Of a DNA stretch of 29,250 bases, positions 18,801-27,330 are shown piece by piece. Each line of letters starts with the position of its first letter. Position 1 is the stretch's first letter. This DNA is from Saprolegnia diclina VS20 (lineage: Eukaryota). The stretch is taken from assembly GCF_000281045.1 (NCBI RefSeq), contig NW_008246154.1, positions 81,781-111,030 of the forward strand. Direction: 5' to 3'. Made by a program: the position numbers and the translations under genes. Under the pieces are notes generated by a model. The model was given only the letters and a program-made list of their open reading frames with translations, did no database searches and had not been told where the DNA came from.

Positions 18801-21280
18801 ATGACCCCAACGATCCCAGCATACGAGGCTGCAATGGCCCTCCAGCGCAAGTGGGTCGCCTCTATCTACGAGGCCAAGCACGCTGGTGACCTCGAGCTGC
18901 CACCGACCCGAGACGACGTCGTTGCCGCCTGGACAGCAATCGCTGAGGACCCGCTGCCCGTGAACCTATATACCGGTATTGGCGTCGACGTTGCGTGTAC
19001 ATTGGACAAGCTGTCGTTCGATCACCTCCAAAATGTTGACGCGGCCTTGGTCGACAGACCGCTTTGACGTCGCCCTAGTTCATCTCCGACACTAATACGT
19101 CGATGGCAACGACGTGACTCGGCGCGTTCACGTCATCACAAAGACCGAGTGGCACCCAGCGTGTGCCATACCACCCACCGTGGCGCCTCGACGGTCGAAG
19201 CGTCGATGCCTTCTTGGGGACACAGCTTCGCCAGCTCGTCAGCGTCCGTTGCCGTCGTCTTTTGGCCGAAAACATACCGCGCGACCATTGTCGAGCGTCG
19301 ATTTGCGCTTCGCCTCGCACAAAATGCCGCCAGCAACGAGCGTCGAGGATTTCGTTCGTGGCATCCTCGCGACGTTCGTCTGCGGCGCCAACTGTCGCGG
19401 CTACACGCGTCGACACCAAGCGAGCACCGCACCATTACGAGCGTCTTGATCCAGTGCAAGAACGCCAAGCTGCCAGAGCTCTTTCTCCGTGATGTGCTGC
19501 CAGAGATTCTTCTCCGCAATGTCCACGCAGCGTCGTTGACAATCCTACGAGCTCATCGCGTTGTTTGGCTGGATGACGCTCTATCCCGGAATCCCGGAAT
19601 CCAACGCCTCTTCCAACGGGTGTGTTTGGGCTGTCAAGATCGCGTACGTCCCTACAACGCTGAAGGCACGTACGCGATCTCGACGGCCCAAACGCATCCC
19701 GCCTGCGCGGAGTCCGTCGACGTCGCGGCAAGTCTCCTAGGCCAAGCACTCCATGCGCTCGTTGGTGACGCCATCAGAACCACATCCTTGCGCGCGATCG
19801 CATTTTGGCGCAAGCCGTACCGCGCAAGCACTCTCGGGTTCTCGTCGGCTCTGTCTCTCGCATACAACGCCGTCGCGAACACCCAGCGCCTCGGTCTCAG
19901 CGTACGCGACCTGCTTTCCGGGATTCTTGCGTCGCTTTTGCGAGTTTGCGAGTACAGAGGCGACCGTCTCTCGACCGAGATTCATGCCATAACGAACCTC
20001 TTGATCCAGAGCAACGACGTCTCGCTCAGGTCGCGCTTCCTTCGCGACGCATTGCCGTGCAGTCAGATGACGATCCACGACGTTGCTACGTGTGTTGGCG
20101 CCCACCACGCGACGTATGGCTGGACGGTACTCTTTCCCGCACTCCAAAGCCTCCTCGAGCGCTGGCTACAAACGCATAGCGTGAGTGACATGGGCCATTT
20201 CGTGGTGGGTCTTGTCTGAGGCAATTGCGCACTGTGCCCACCCCTACGGCAACCCTATACGCGGCCGTTTGGCTCGGTGCTCTCGGGCATAACAATGACA
20301 GCGGTCTGGCAACTCCAGCATCTATCCACGGGTCTTGTCCGAGCCATGGCCAGTCAACCGACGCTGTCGCTTCATCGCTACGTGAGCCTCATGTCGACGG
20401 CACTGGACGAGATCGCAGGCGGCCGAGTACATGGCCGAGCACTTGCATCGGTATCGTCGGCCGACATAGGCAGCAATCTCGACGCGCTGCATACCTTTGG
20501 CCAATGCACCAAGCGGACGATGGATACGTATCAGCGCATCAGCTTTCATGGCCACTTTGTCGGCGGCATCTTGCATTTCATCAAGCGCCCGACGGTACCA
20601 GTTGCGGTCTCGACCTTGTCGCTTGTCACTGACCCCGTCAAATCGATCGCAGGGACATTCTATGCAACCACTACTACTGCGATGTCGCGCCAGAACGTGT
20701 CGCCAACTTGTGTCGTCGACGTCATTGAAGTGCTCACGCTGGCCGCGCCAGGCGATGTGCAAGCGTTCACCTCAGCGTGGCAGGCGGCGCTGCCTCGTAC
20801 ACTGAAAGCGGCCCGCTGCACACTCTACCCCGTCATCGAGAAGGTACGCACGCGGCTCCGACACAGTGACCTGGACTTCGTGGCGCAGCTGGCGACGCAG
20901 TGTCTGAGCAGCTTTCTGGACAACAATGCATTGGCCTCCATCCCGGATGACAACGATGGTGTCATCAATGGCGTGGCGGTGAGCGCTACGCATTGCCCGC
21001 AGTGCGCCAAGTTTACCACATTTTTGTGCGATACCCAGCGTATTCAGTTTTACGCTCCCGTCGACGGCCTCTGCGCGACGCTGCGCCGCCTCGTTTGCGA
21101 GCGTCAGCGTCAATTCGCCTTCTTCCGCGCCAAGTGGAACGGCTACCGCCGCCCAAACCGAAGCGACGGTCCACAGTACGTTGTTCGAAAGCGCAAGGAG
21201 TCTGGTCGCGTCGCAAGGCAACGTCACTCATGTCAGTGACAGAAAACACTCAAAGCCACCGCCCGCGATTTGCACGATGA
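18801..21280 (+). pseudogene. Degraded paralog (copy C) of the 930-aa family
   Basis: MTPTIPAYEAA, PPTRDDVVAAWTAIAEDP, LDKLSFDHL, FW.KPYRA, TYGWTVLFPALQSLLERW, GLVRAMASQPTLS, HCPQC, YVVRK. Broken by stops (19065-19067, 20217-20219), deletions and frameshifts. Confidence 0.85.
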
Positions 21281-21455
21281 AGTGTCAGCGTTGGACGTGG
21301 CGTGGTCTCTAGCGACGGTGCGACCGAAGGCAGAGTGCTGTTTGTGGTGATGCCGTCGTCTCGTCTTGTTGCAACTTCTTACTGCCGAGAGCTGTCGGTG
21401 GACAAGAGACCTGAAAGATAGTTCGGGGCCGACCCGGAAACGCTCAATTATCGTC

Positions 21456-22922
21456 TTAGAAGGCGTGGAAGCGACAGCGTAGAACGAGGCCTTCGTCGCG
21501 TCCTTCTGGGAAAGACCGGCGACGTTCGAGGATTTCCATCGCGATGCGCTCTGTTCGTGCGTAGGCCTTGATAAATGCCTCGTCTTGGGGGTTCACACAG
21601 AGCTCGAGCGTCACATGTGCGAGACCTCGAAGTGCGGTCAGAAGCACGCAAATGTTGTCAACGGCCATGAGATACTGGAGCTGGTCCGCCCCCAGGTCGA
21701 GAAGGAGCGCACGTGGGTTCGACTTTCGTGCGCGAAGTGCGTGCCCAATGCAGTGGAGGCACTTCTCGACAAAGTCGTCGCCGCGAAACGACAGCACCGA
21801 AAGCATCGTGATCCAGCGTCGGATGGCTTGCTTGAGAAGACGCAGCGACTCGACTGATTCTCCGATCGTCACGTCGACCCAGTGGACCTCGGTCAATTGC
21901 GGTAACGCGCACGTCCAGTGAAAAAACGTGCGAACGCAGTCGTACGCGAGCTCGTAGAATTGGATCGTGAGCACGCGCAGGCACGGAAAGCGAGTGACAC
22001 CAAGGGCGGCCGGCACTACCGAATCCGTCGGAAGCCGGAGCGCCAGCTCTTCAAGCTGTGACATCTCGGCGAGAAGCGGGACGAGGCAGTGGAAGTCGCG
22101 CAAGCCGCTGGCATCGAGGCGCGTTAGCGTGGCGTGGTCGAGTCGATGCAAGAAACGAACAACGTTGTCATCAGCGTTCGAGTAGAACCGGATGGCCTTG
22201 AAGTGGTCGAGAGGAAGGTTTGTGGCCGCCAGTGCGTCGATGAGGAGATCTGCGTCCATGTCCAGGTCCAAAGTCGTGAGGGACGTGGTCGACGCCAGCA
22301 GCTCCGCAAGGCCGACAACGTTGGAATTCTCGCCGGGCTGTACGAAGCAAAGATGTCGGGCATGTCCCTTCCGTAGCCACGGCGACAAGGCTGCAAGATA
22401 CGCGTCGTCGAAGCATTCCGAATCAAAATCCAATCGCCGAACGCTCGGTGGCAGCAGACGCAATGCCTCGGCCATCTCGCTCGGGTTCGATACGGCCCCA
22501 GCACGCTCGAGCTGCGTGCACATGGGCAAGGCGCTATGGACGGATGGCATCTTGAGCCACGAGAGATGCATCGACTTGAGCTTGTAGACTGATGCGGCGA
22601 GCCAGACCTCCTTGTCAGCCGCAGCCGCACGCGTGTACCATATAGAGAGATCCACCCGCGGAATCGCGGGCAACGCGACCAAGACGAGGCTCATGTACGC
22701 GTCCGGGACGAGGTCAAGCCGGAGCATGGACCACTGGCCGTCAAAGGCCGCCGGGGTCGTCATGAGGCGGCGCAGCGCAGCGAAGGGCGGGGCGAGCTCG
22801 TCTTGCGGGAGCGCCATGAGCAAGGCCTTGGCGTCCAGCTGCGGACCGATGTACTGGAGGAGGGACGCGAGGAGCGTCGTCGGGGGCGACGGTCCAGGCG
22901 CGGTCTTGGGCTTCTTCGACAT
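21456..22922 (-). CDS. RNI-like leucine-rich-repeat protein, ~488 aa
   Basis: Repeated LxxLxL units (LTTLDLD, LTRLDAS, LEELALR, LRVLTIQ, LTEVHW). ATG at 22922 (MSKKPK) chosen because it directly follows an Inr/FPR. Confidence 0.72.
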   Translation of the reverse strand: MSKKPKTAPGPSPPTTLLASLLQYIGPQLDAKALLMALPQDELAPPFAALRRLMTTPAAFDGQWSMLRLDLVPDAYMSLVLVALPAIPRVDLSIWYTRAAAADKEVWLAASVYKLKSMHLSWLKMPSVHSALPMCTQLERAGAVSNPSEMAEALRLLPPSVRRLDFDSECFDDAYLAALSPWLRKGHARHLCFVQPGENSNVVGLAELLASTTSLTTLDLDMDADLLIDALAATNLPLDHFKAIRFYSNADDNVVRFLHRLDHATLTRLDASGLRDFHCLVPLLAEMSQLEELALRLPTDSVVPAALGVTRFPCLRVLTIQFYELAYDCVRTFFHWTCALPQLTEVHWVDVTIGESVESLRLLKQAIRRWITMLSVLSFRGDDFVEKCLHCIGHALRARKSNPRALLLDLGADQLQYLMAVDNICVLLTALRGLAHVTLELCVNPQDEAFIKAYARTERIAMEILERRRSFPEGRDEGLVLRCRFHAF

Positions 22923-22926
22923 GGCG

Positions 22927-22943
22927 CAAAATCGGAAATGAGC
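22927..22943 (-). promoter_or_regulatory. Oomycete core promoter Inr+FPR element
   Basis: Minus strand GCTCATTTCCGATTTTG is a full match to GCTCATTYBNNNWTTY. A CCAAT box (GGACCAATCAG) lies at ~23038-23048. Confidence 0.7.
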
Positions 22944-23795
22944 AACCGGTTTTGCGCGCGTCGCTGTATTATAATACTTTGCCAGCGCTCGACATACAAA
23001 ACAAGAGATATACAATAGACAAGAAAAATGCACGGTGCTGATTGGTCCGTTTTTGGAATCGGTTTCAATGCTTCTACCGCGCGATCCAGTAACGTGCGAT
23101 CTTTTGACGTGGCAGCACGCAGGTGCAAGAAGAGCAACGACGTATGGCAGGGAGCTCCTGGACGCATCTTGACGTCGCGTGACTCCAACCGCGTACTATA
23201 CACCAACAGCTATACGCCAAGAGGCATTCGCCAAACACCCGGGCTTGGTGACAAGGCGTTCGCCGCTCGAGACACGTTGCCATCCATTTGCACACGTCAA
23301 CTATCGTTGTGCTATCTGGTTGCTATACGTGGGCTCGTTCCTTAGAGTATGTCCAATCTCAAATCAAACCCTGACTCAATAGAATGACATTCAATTGGTT
23401 TCGAGGTCAAGAACTACTCATTTGGCCCTGACTTCGTCGCTGAAGCGCGCAAGCAGAGGACGGTATCGCGTTGGAGGTGATCCGCAGGCTCCCGAGCGAC
23501 CTGGCTACCCCTACTACTGTACGTAGACAGATTGCCAGCTTGTCGTCGGCTCGTGACGCGCGGGTAAACTTGCACGGGGAGCTAGGTGTTCTAGAGCCGG
23601 CGGGATCACAGGCAACATGATACCGTCCATCAAAAGAGATATCTATTCGAGGAGAATTGTTCGACGGGCGCGTTGACATTTGCATTGGCCGAGAAGACAA
23701 TGGAGCCGCGACGCGCCTACGTTGTCCATACTATGACGGCCTCATCGATCGAATCGAAGCATGTGCAAGGTAATGCTTGAAATCATAAATCCTGA

Positions 23796-23832
23796 CCAAT
23801 CACACATCTCAAAATACATATTTTCGACCAAT
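23796..23832 (+). promoter_or_regulatory. Twin CCAAT boxes, 32-bp spacing, upstream of intact copy D
   Basis: GACCAATC with CCAAT at 23796 and 23828; ATG at 23905. Confidence 0.62.
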
Positions 23833-23904
23833 CCATACGACTGGATTCAGAGTGTACGTCCCATCGGCAGTTTGGAGGCTTGGCACCGAGCTCAGACGTC
23901 GGCC

Positions 23905-26697
23905 ATGAGCGCGCTGCGGGCGACCAACCCGACGATCGCGGCCTACGAAGCCGCGCTAGACCTACTGCGCGACTCGACGGCCTATGCCTACCAGAGCACC
24001 GTCGCGTGGCACCTGCAGCCGCAACTGACCATTGACGGCGTTGACGGGTGCCTGTCCTGGTCCATGACCTTGCTCCAAGAACAGCAGCTCCGGACGCGCT
24101 ACGCCCACTACTGCATCCTTCCGACGTCTAAGGTTCGCATCCTCAACGAAGACGCGTGGGCGACGATCGTGCGAACGAGCCTTTTGCCCGACGTCCAGCA
24201 GGCGCTGCGCGTCACCGACACGGGCGTCGTCGCTGTCTTCTCGCATCTCTGCATCGACACGCATGGCTCGTCAATGTGCCTCAAGCCGCGACCTGACATT
24301 GCCAATGTCTTTGGGATGCTTCTGGTGTCGCTGCCCTCTTGTGTCGATGGCGGCGAGATCGCAACGGCGTTTGGCGGCGGCTCAACGGTGCAGCGTCCGT
24401 CGCGCCAGACAGTGCAAGTGCTCGCAACGCGCTTCAACGCTACCATCACGTCATCGCCGGTCCGATCTGGCCGTCGTGTTGCGCTTGTGTACGCCTTGGT
24501 GGCTACGGACATGGACGCACGCGCCATTCCGCCGCTTCCTACCCACGACGACGCTGTCACTGCTTTTGAAGCAATCGCCGCGCACCCGCCATCCGCGCAG
24601 CAGCGCCTCGGCGTTCTTCTCGAGCGCAAATTGGACAACTTGTCGTTCGAGTGCCTTCCACACATGGACGCAGCGGTCGTCGATGCCTTGATCGCGACAC
24701 GGTGCTTTGACGTGGCACTCGTTCGTCTTGGCGGTCACACCATCTCGGTGGCGACGCCGCACCACGCATGCGCGGTCCCAGCCGACGTCTTGTCCTGTCT
24801 TCCTGGAAAACGCATCGACACGCTACTCGGCGCCGTCCACGGCTCGTCATCACCCCACGCGATTGCGTTTTGGCTCATGCCGTACCGCGCAGGACTCGTC
24901 GGGCGCCACGCTGCTCTCACTCTCGCGCAGACTGCTACCACGGATACTGAGCGCCTCGGGCTCAGCGCTCGGGAGCTTCTTCGCGGCATCCTCACCACGT
25001 TCCTCGACACCGGAACGTCGTCGCATTGCACCATGACGGCACGCGACATGCATGCGATGACGAACCTCTTGATCCAGCACCGCCATGTCGACCTCGCAGC
25101 GAGCTTCCTTCGCAACGTAGTCTCGAACGCGCGCGCGATCTCAATCCAGGACTTGGCAACTTGCGTCCAGTCGTGTCTGGCCACGTTTGGCTGGACACTG
25201 CTCTTTCCCGCCGTCAAGAGCCTTCTCCGTCGATGGCTACGTGTCCGCAAGTTGCGGGATAGCACGTGGCTTCTGCTGAGCCTCGCGGGCGTCACTACGG
25301 GCGACGACGCAGTGTGCCGTCCGCTGCGACAGCCGTATGTGTGCGAACTTGTCAAGTTGAGCTGGGCTCAGATCACACCTCGCGTCTTGACTCGGGACGC
25401 AGTGTCGTTTCCTGCCGAGCACTGGATTCTATTCGACTGGTATCTCGACGAGGTTGCGCCGCCGTGCGTGTATGGCAATTGGCTCGGCACCCGCCTGCCG
25501 CCTCCGCTCACGCTCCTTGTTGACAGCTTCCTTTACTGTCGCCCGTTTGGCTCGGTGCTCTCGGGTGCGCACACGTCAGCGTCGTGGCTCCTCCAGCATG
25601 TTCCACGGGGTCTTGTCCGAGCCATTGCAAGCCAGCCGACACTGTCTCGGCGGCGATATCTGGACGTTGTCTCGGTCGCGATCGGTGAGATTCAGAGCAG
25701 CTCTGACAGCGTCCATCACTCGGTCTCGTCGACCGACGTTGGTGCCATGCTAGACGCAATGCACAGCTTGGGCCAGTGCACTGTACGTCTTCTCGACGCG
25801 TGCCAACAGCTCAGTTCCAACCGCAGCGTCGTCGCCGGCGTCTTGCGATTTCTCCAGCACCCGACGTCACCGGTCTCGTCGTCGACACATTCGCTCGTCG
25901 CCGAGTATGTCGTCTCGATCGCAGCTGCGTTTACCAACGGCTCTGGCGCCCCGCGCACGGCGCGAGACGGCAAAGCTTTTGTCGACGTCATTGCGGTGCT
26001 CACGTTGGCGGCGCCGAGCAACGTGCCGTCGTTCCTCAGCAAGTGGCTTGCAGCGCTACCAGCAACGCTGGACACGACGCGCTCTGTGCTATATCCTGTG
26101 GTCGAGCAGCTGCGCGCGCGATTCCAAGGCATAGACCTTGACCTCGTCGCGCAGGTTGCGACAGCGTGTCTCGCACGGTTCCTCGACGGTGATGCGCTCG
26201 CACCGGTGCCCGACTTTGGCAACGATTTTGTCTTGGCCGACATTGCGGTGGACGCAAAGCACTGCGAGCAGTGCGGTCGACTCGCACGCTTTTTGCAAAA
26301 CGGGCTGTGCGCCGAGTACGACTATGCAGCGCATGTCATTTGCGCGCAACTGGAAGCGCTCGTGGATGACCATGCGGATGAGCTCGCACTGGAGCTGGAC
26401 GAGCGGGATGACGACGCGTACGGCGACCCGTACGACGAGTTTGACGACTTTGACGACGGTTTGTTTAATGGCAGCTTTATGGGCGGCTACGCTCAGACCG
26501 ATTCCTACGTCGTGCGCAAGCTCGTGCAACCCGGTCGCGCGACGGTTGACGATCTTGACGAATATCACAGGCGCATCCAGCAGCTCAAGGACGACACCAA
26601 ACGTATTGCGATGTTCGATGACGTGCTTGCCACCCATGCGGCCGCCATGGATGAGGATGAACCGACGCCCAAGCGCCCTCGGCACGACGCCCCGTAG
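23905..26697 (+). CDS. 930-aa hypothetical protein (copy D, intact) with degenerate 2OG-Fe(II) oxygenase-like N-terminal domain, HCxxC-x22-C motif, acidic tract and C-terminal NLS-like PKRPR
   Basis: Long uninterrupted ORF. FGMLLVSLPSCVDGGEI and SPVRSGRRVALVYAL resemble 2OG-oxygenase strands (FGTLVV.LPS.H.GG.L; HEV.PV.SG.R..L.YNL). Start 23905 aligns with the paralog starts. Confidence 0.8.
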   Translation: MSALRATNPTIAAYEAALDLLRDSTAYAYQSTVAWHLQPQLTIDGVDGCLSWSMTLLQEQQLRTRYAHYCILPTSKVRILNEDAWATIVRTSLLPDVQQALRVTDTGVVAVFSHLCIDTHGSSMCLKPRPDIANVFGMLLVSLPSCVDGGEIATAFGGGSTVQRPSRQTVQVLATRFNATITSSPVRSGRRVALVYALVATDMDARAIPPLPTHDDAVTAFEAIAAHPPSAQQRLGVLLERKLDNLSFECLPHMDAAVVDALIATRCFDVALVRLGGHTISVATPHHACAVPADVLSCLPGKRIDTLLGAVHGSSSPHAIAFWLMPYRAGLVGRHAALTLAQTATTDTERLGLSARELLRGILTTFLDTGTSSHCTMTARDMHAMTNLLIQHRHVDLAASFLRNVVSNARAISIQDLATCVQSCLATFGWTLLFPAVKSLLRRWLRVRKLRDSTWLLLSLAGVTTGDDAVCRPLRQPYVCELVKLSWAQITPRVLTRDAVSFPAEHWILFDWYLDEVAPPCVYGNWLGTRLPPPLTLLVDSFLYCRPFGSVLSGAHTSASWLLQHVPRGLVRAIASQPTLSRRRYLDVVSVAIGEIQSSSDSVHHSVSSTDVGAMLDAMHSLGQCTVRLLDACQQLSSNRSVVAGVLRFLQHPTSPVSSSTHSLVAEYVVSIAAAFTNGSGAPRTARDGKAFVDVIAVLTLAAPSNVPSFLSKWLAALPATLDTTRSVLYPVVEQLRARFQGIDLDLVAQVATACLARFLDGDALAPVPDFGNDFVLADIAVDAKHCEQCGRLARFLQNGLCAEYDYAAHVICAQLEALVDDHADELALELDERDDDAYGDPYDEFDDFDDGLFNGSFMGGYAQTDSYVVRKLVQPGRATVDDLDEYHRRIQQLKDDTKRIAMFDDVLATHAAAMDEDEPTPKRPRHDAP

Positions 26698-27172
26698 GGC
26701 GAGATAGATGGCTCCGTGTGGGTCTGTAGTGCTTGTGAGAACGTGAAGTGTTTTGTCCTGTATCAGCTCTGCATGCTTGGAGGGTTTTCGCTTGGACGCT
26801 GCGTTGGAATATGACGTAGATAGGGTGGTTGCTGAACGCGACGACGACGTCGGTGGCCTCGTTGGGACTTGGTTTCAAAATTGCTTGGCGCTCGAAACAT
26901 TTGGGCTCGGAGGCTGACCCAAAGACTGTACGTGGGTGGCGTGCTTATGGCACTTGATTGAAATTAACAGGAGGATAATGTTATGTCGTTTACAGGCTAG
27001 AACTATACGCCTTAGTACTTCTCTAAGTGGGTCTAGAAGCATTGCGGACTGGAATGTAGATGCCCGTCATCCAGCGCGATACTTTAGTTATGCTAATACA
27101 TCTAGTCCTATGACGTTGATTTGCCACAAGGACTGCTGTCCATCTCCTTGAACAAGGGTCATGAAGCAGACC

Positions 27173-27251
27173 GCGATCGTTGATTGGGCAGAACCAAGAT
27201 ATGGACCACATCTTGAAGTCCATATCTTGGTTCTGCCCAATCAACGATCGC
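27173..27251. repeat. Perfect 34-bp inverted repeat with 11-nt loop
   Basis: GCGATCGTTGATTGGGCAGAACCAAGATATGGAC (27173-27206), loop CACATCTTGAA, exact reverse complement at 27218-27251. Confidence 0.97.
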
Positions 27252-27273
27252 CAAGTTGGTTGCTTTGACCAAT
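27237..27273 (+). promoter_or_regulatory. Twin CCAAT boxes, 32-bp spacing, upstream of copy E
   Basis: CCAAT at 27237 and 27269; ATG at 27331. Confidence 0.6.
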
Positions 27274-27330
27274 CCGAAGGATGCCATTTTGGATTACTTG
27301 GCGTGCAGCATCATTTTAGAGCCGACGACG

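Noticed and set aside
23400..23700. Possible coding remnant between the LRR gene and copy D
   Set aside because: No motif or similarity to neighbouring genes could be recognised by eye.
23761..23904. 48-aa N-terminal extension of copy D (and the 37-aa extension of the LRR ORF to 23033)
   Set aside because: These stretches contain the promoter motifs (twin CCAAT; Inr/FPR), and paralog alignment supports the downstream ATG for copy D.
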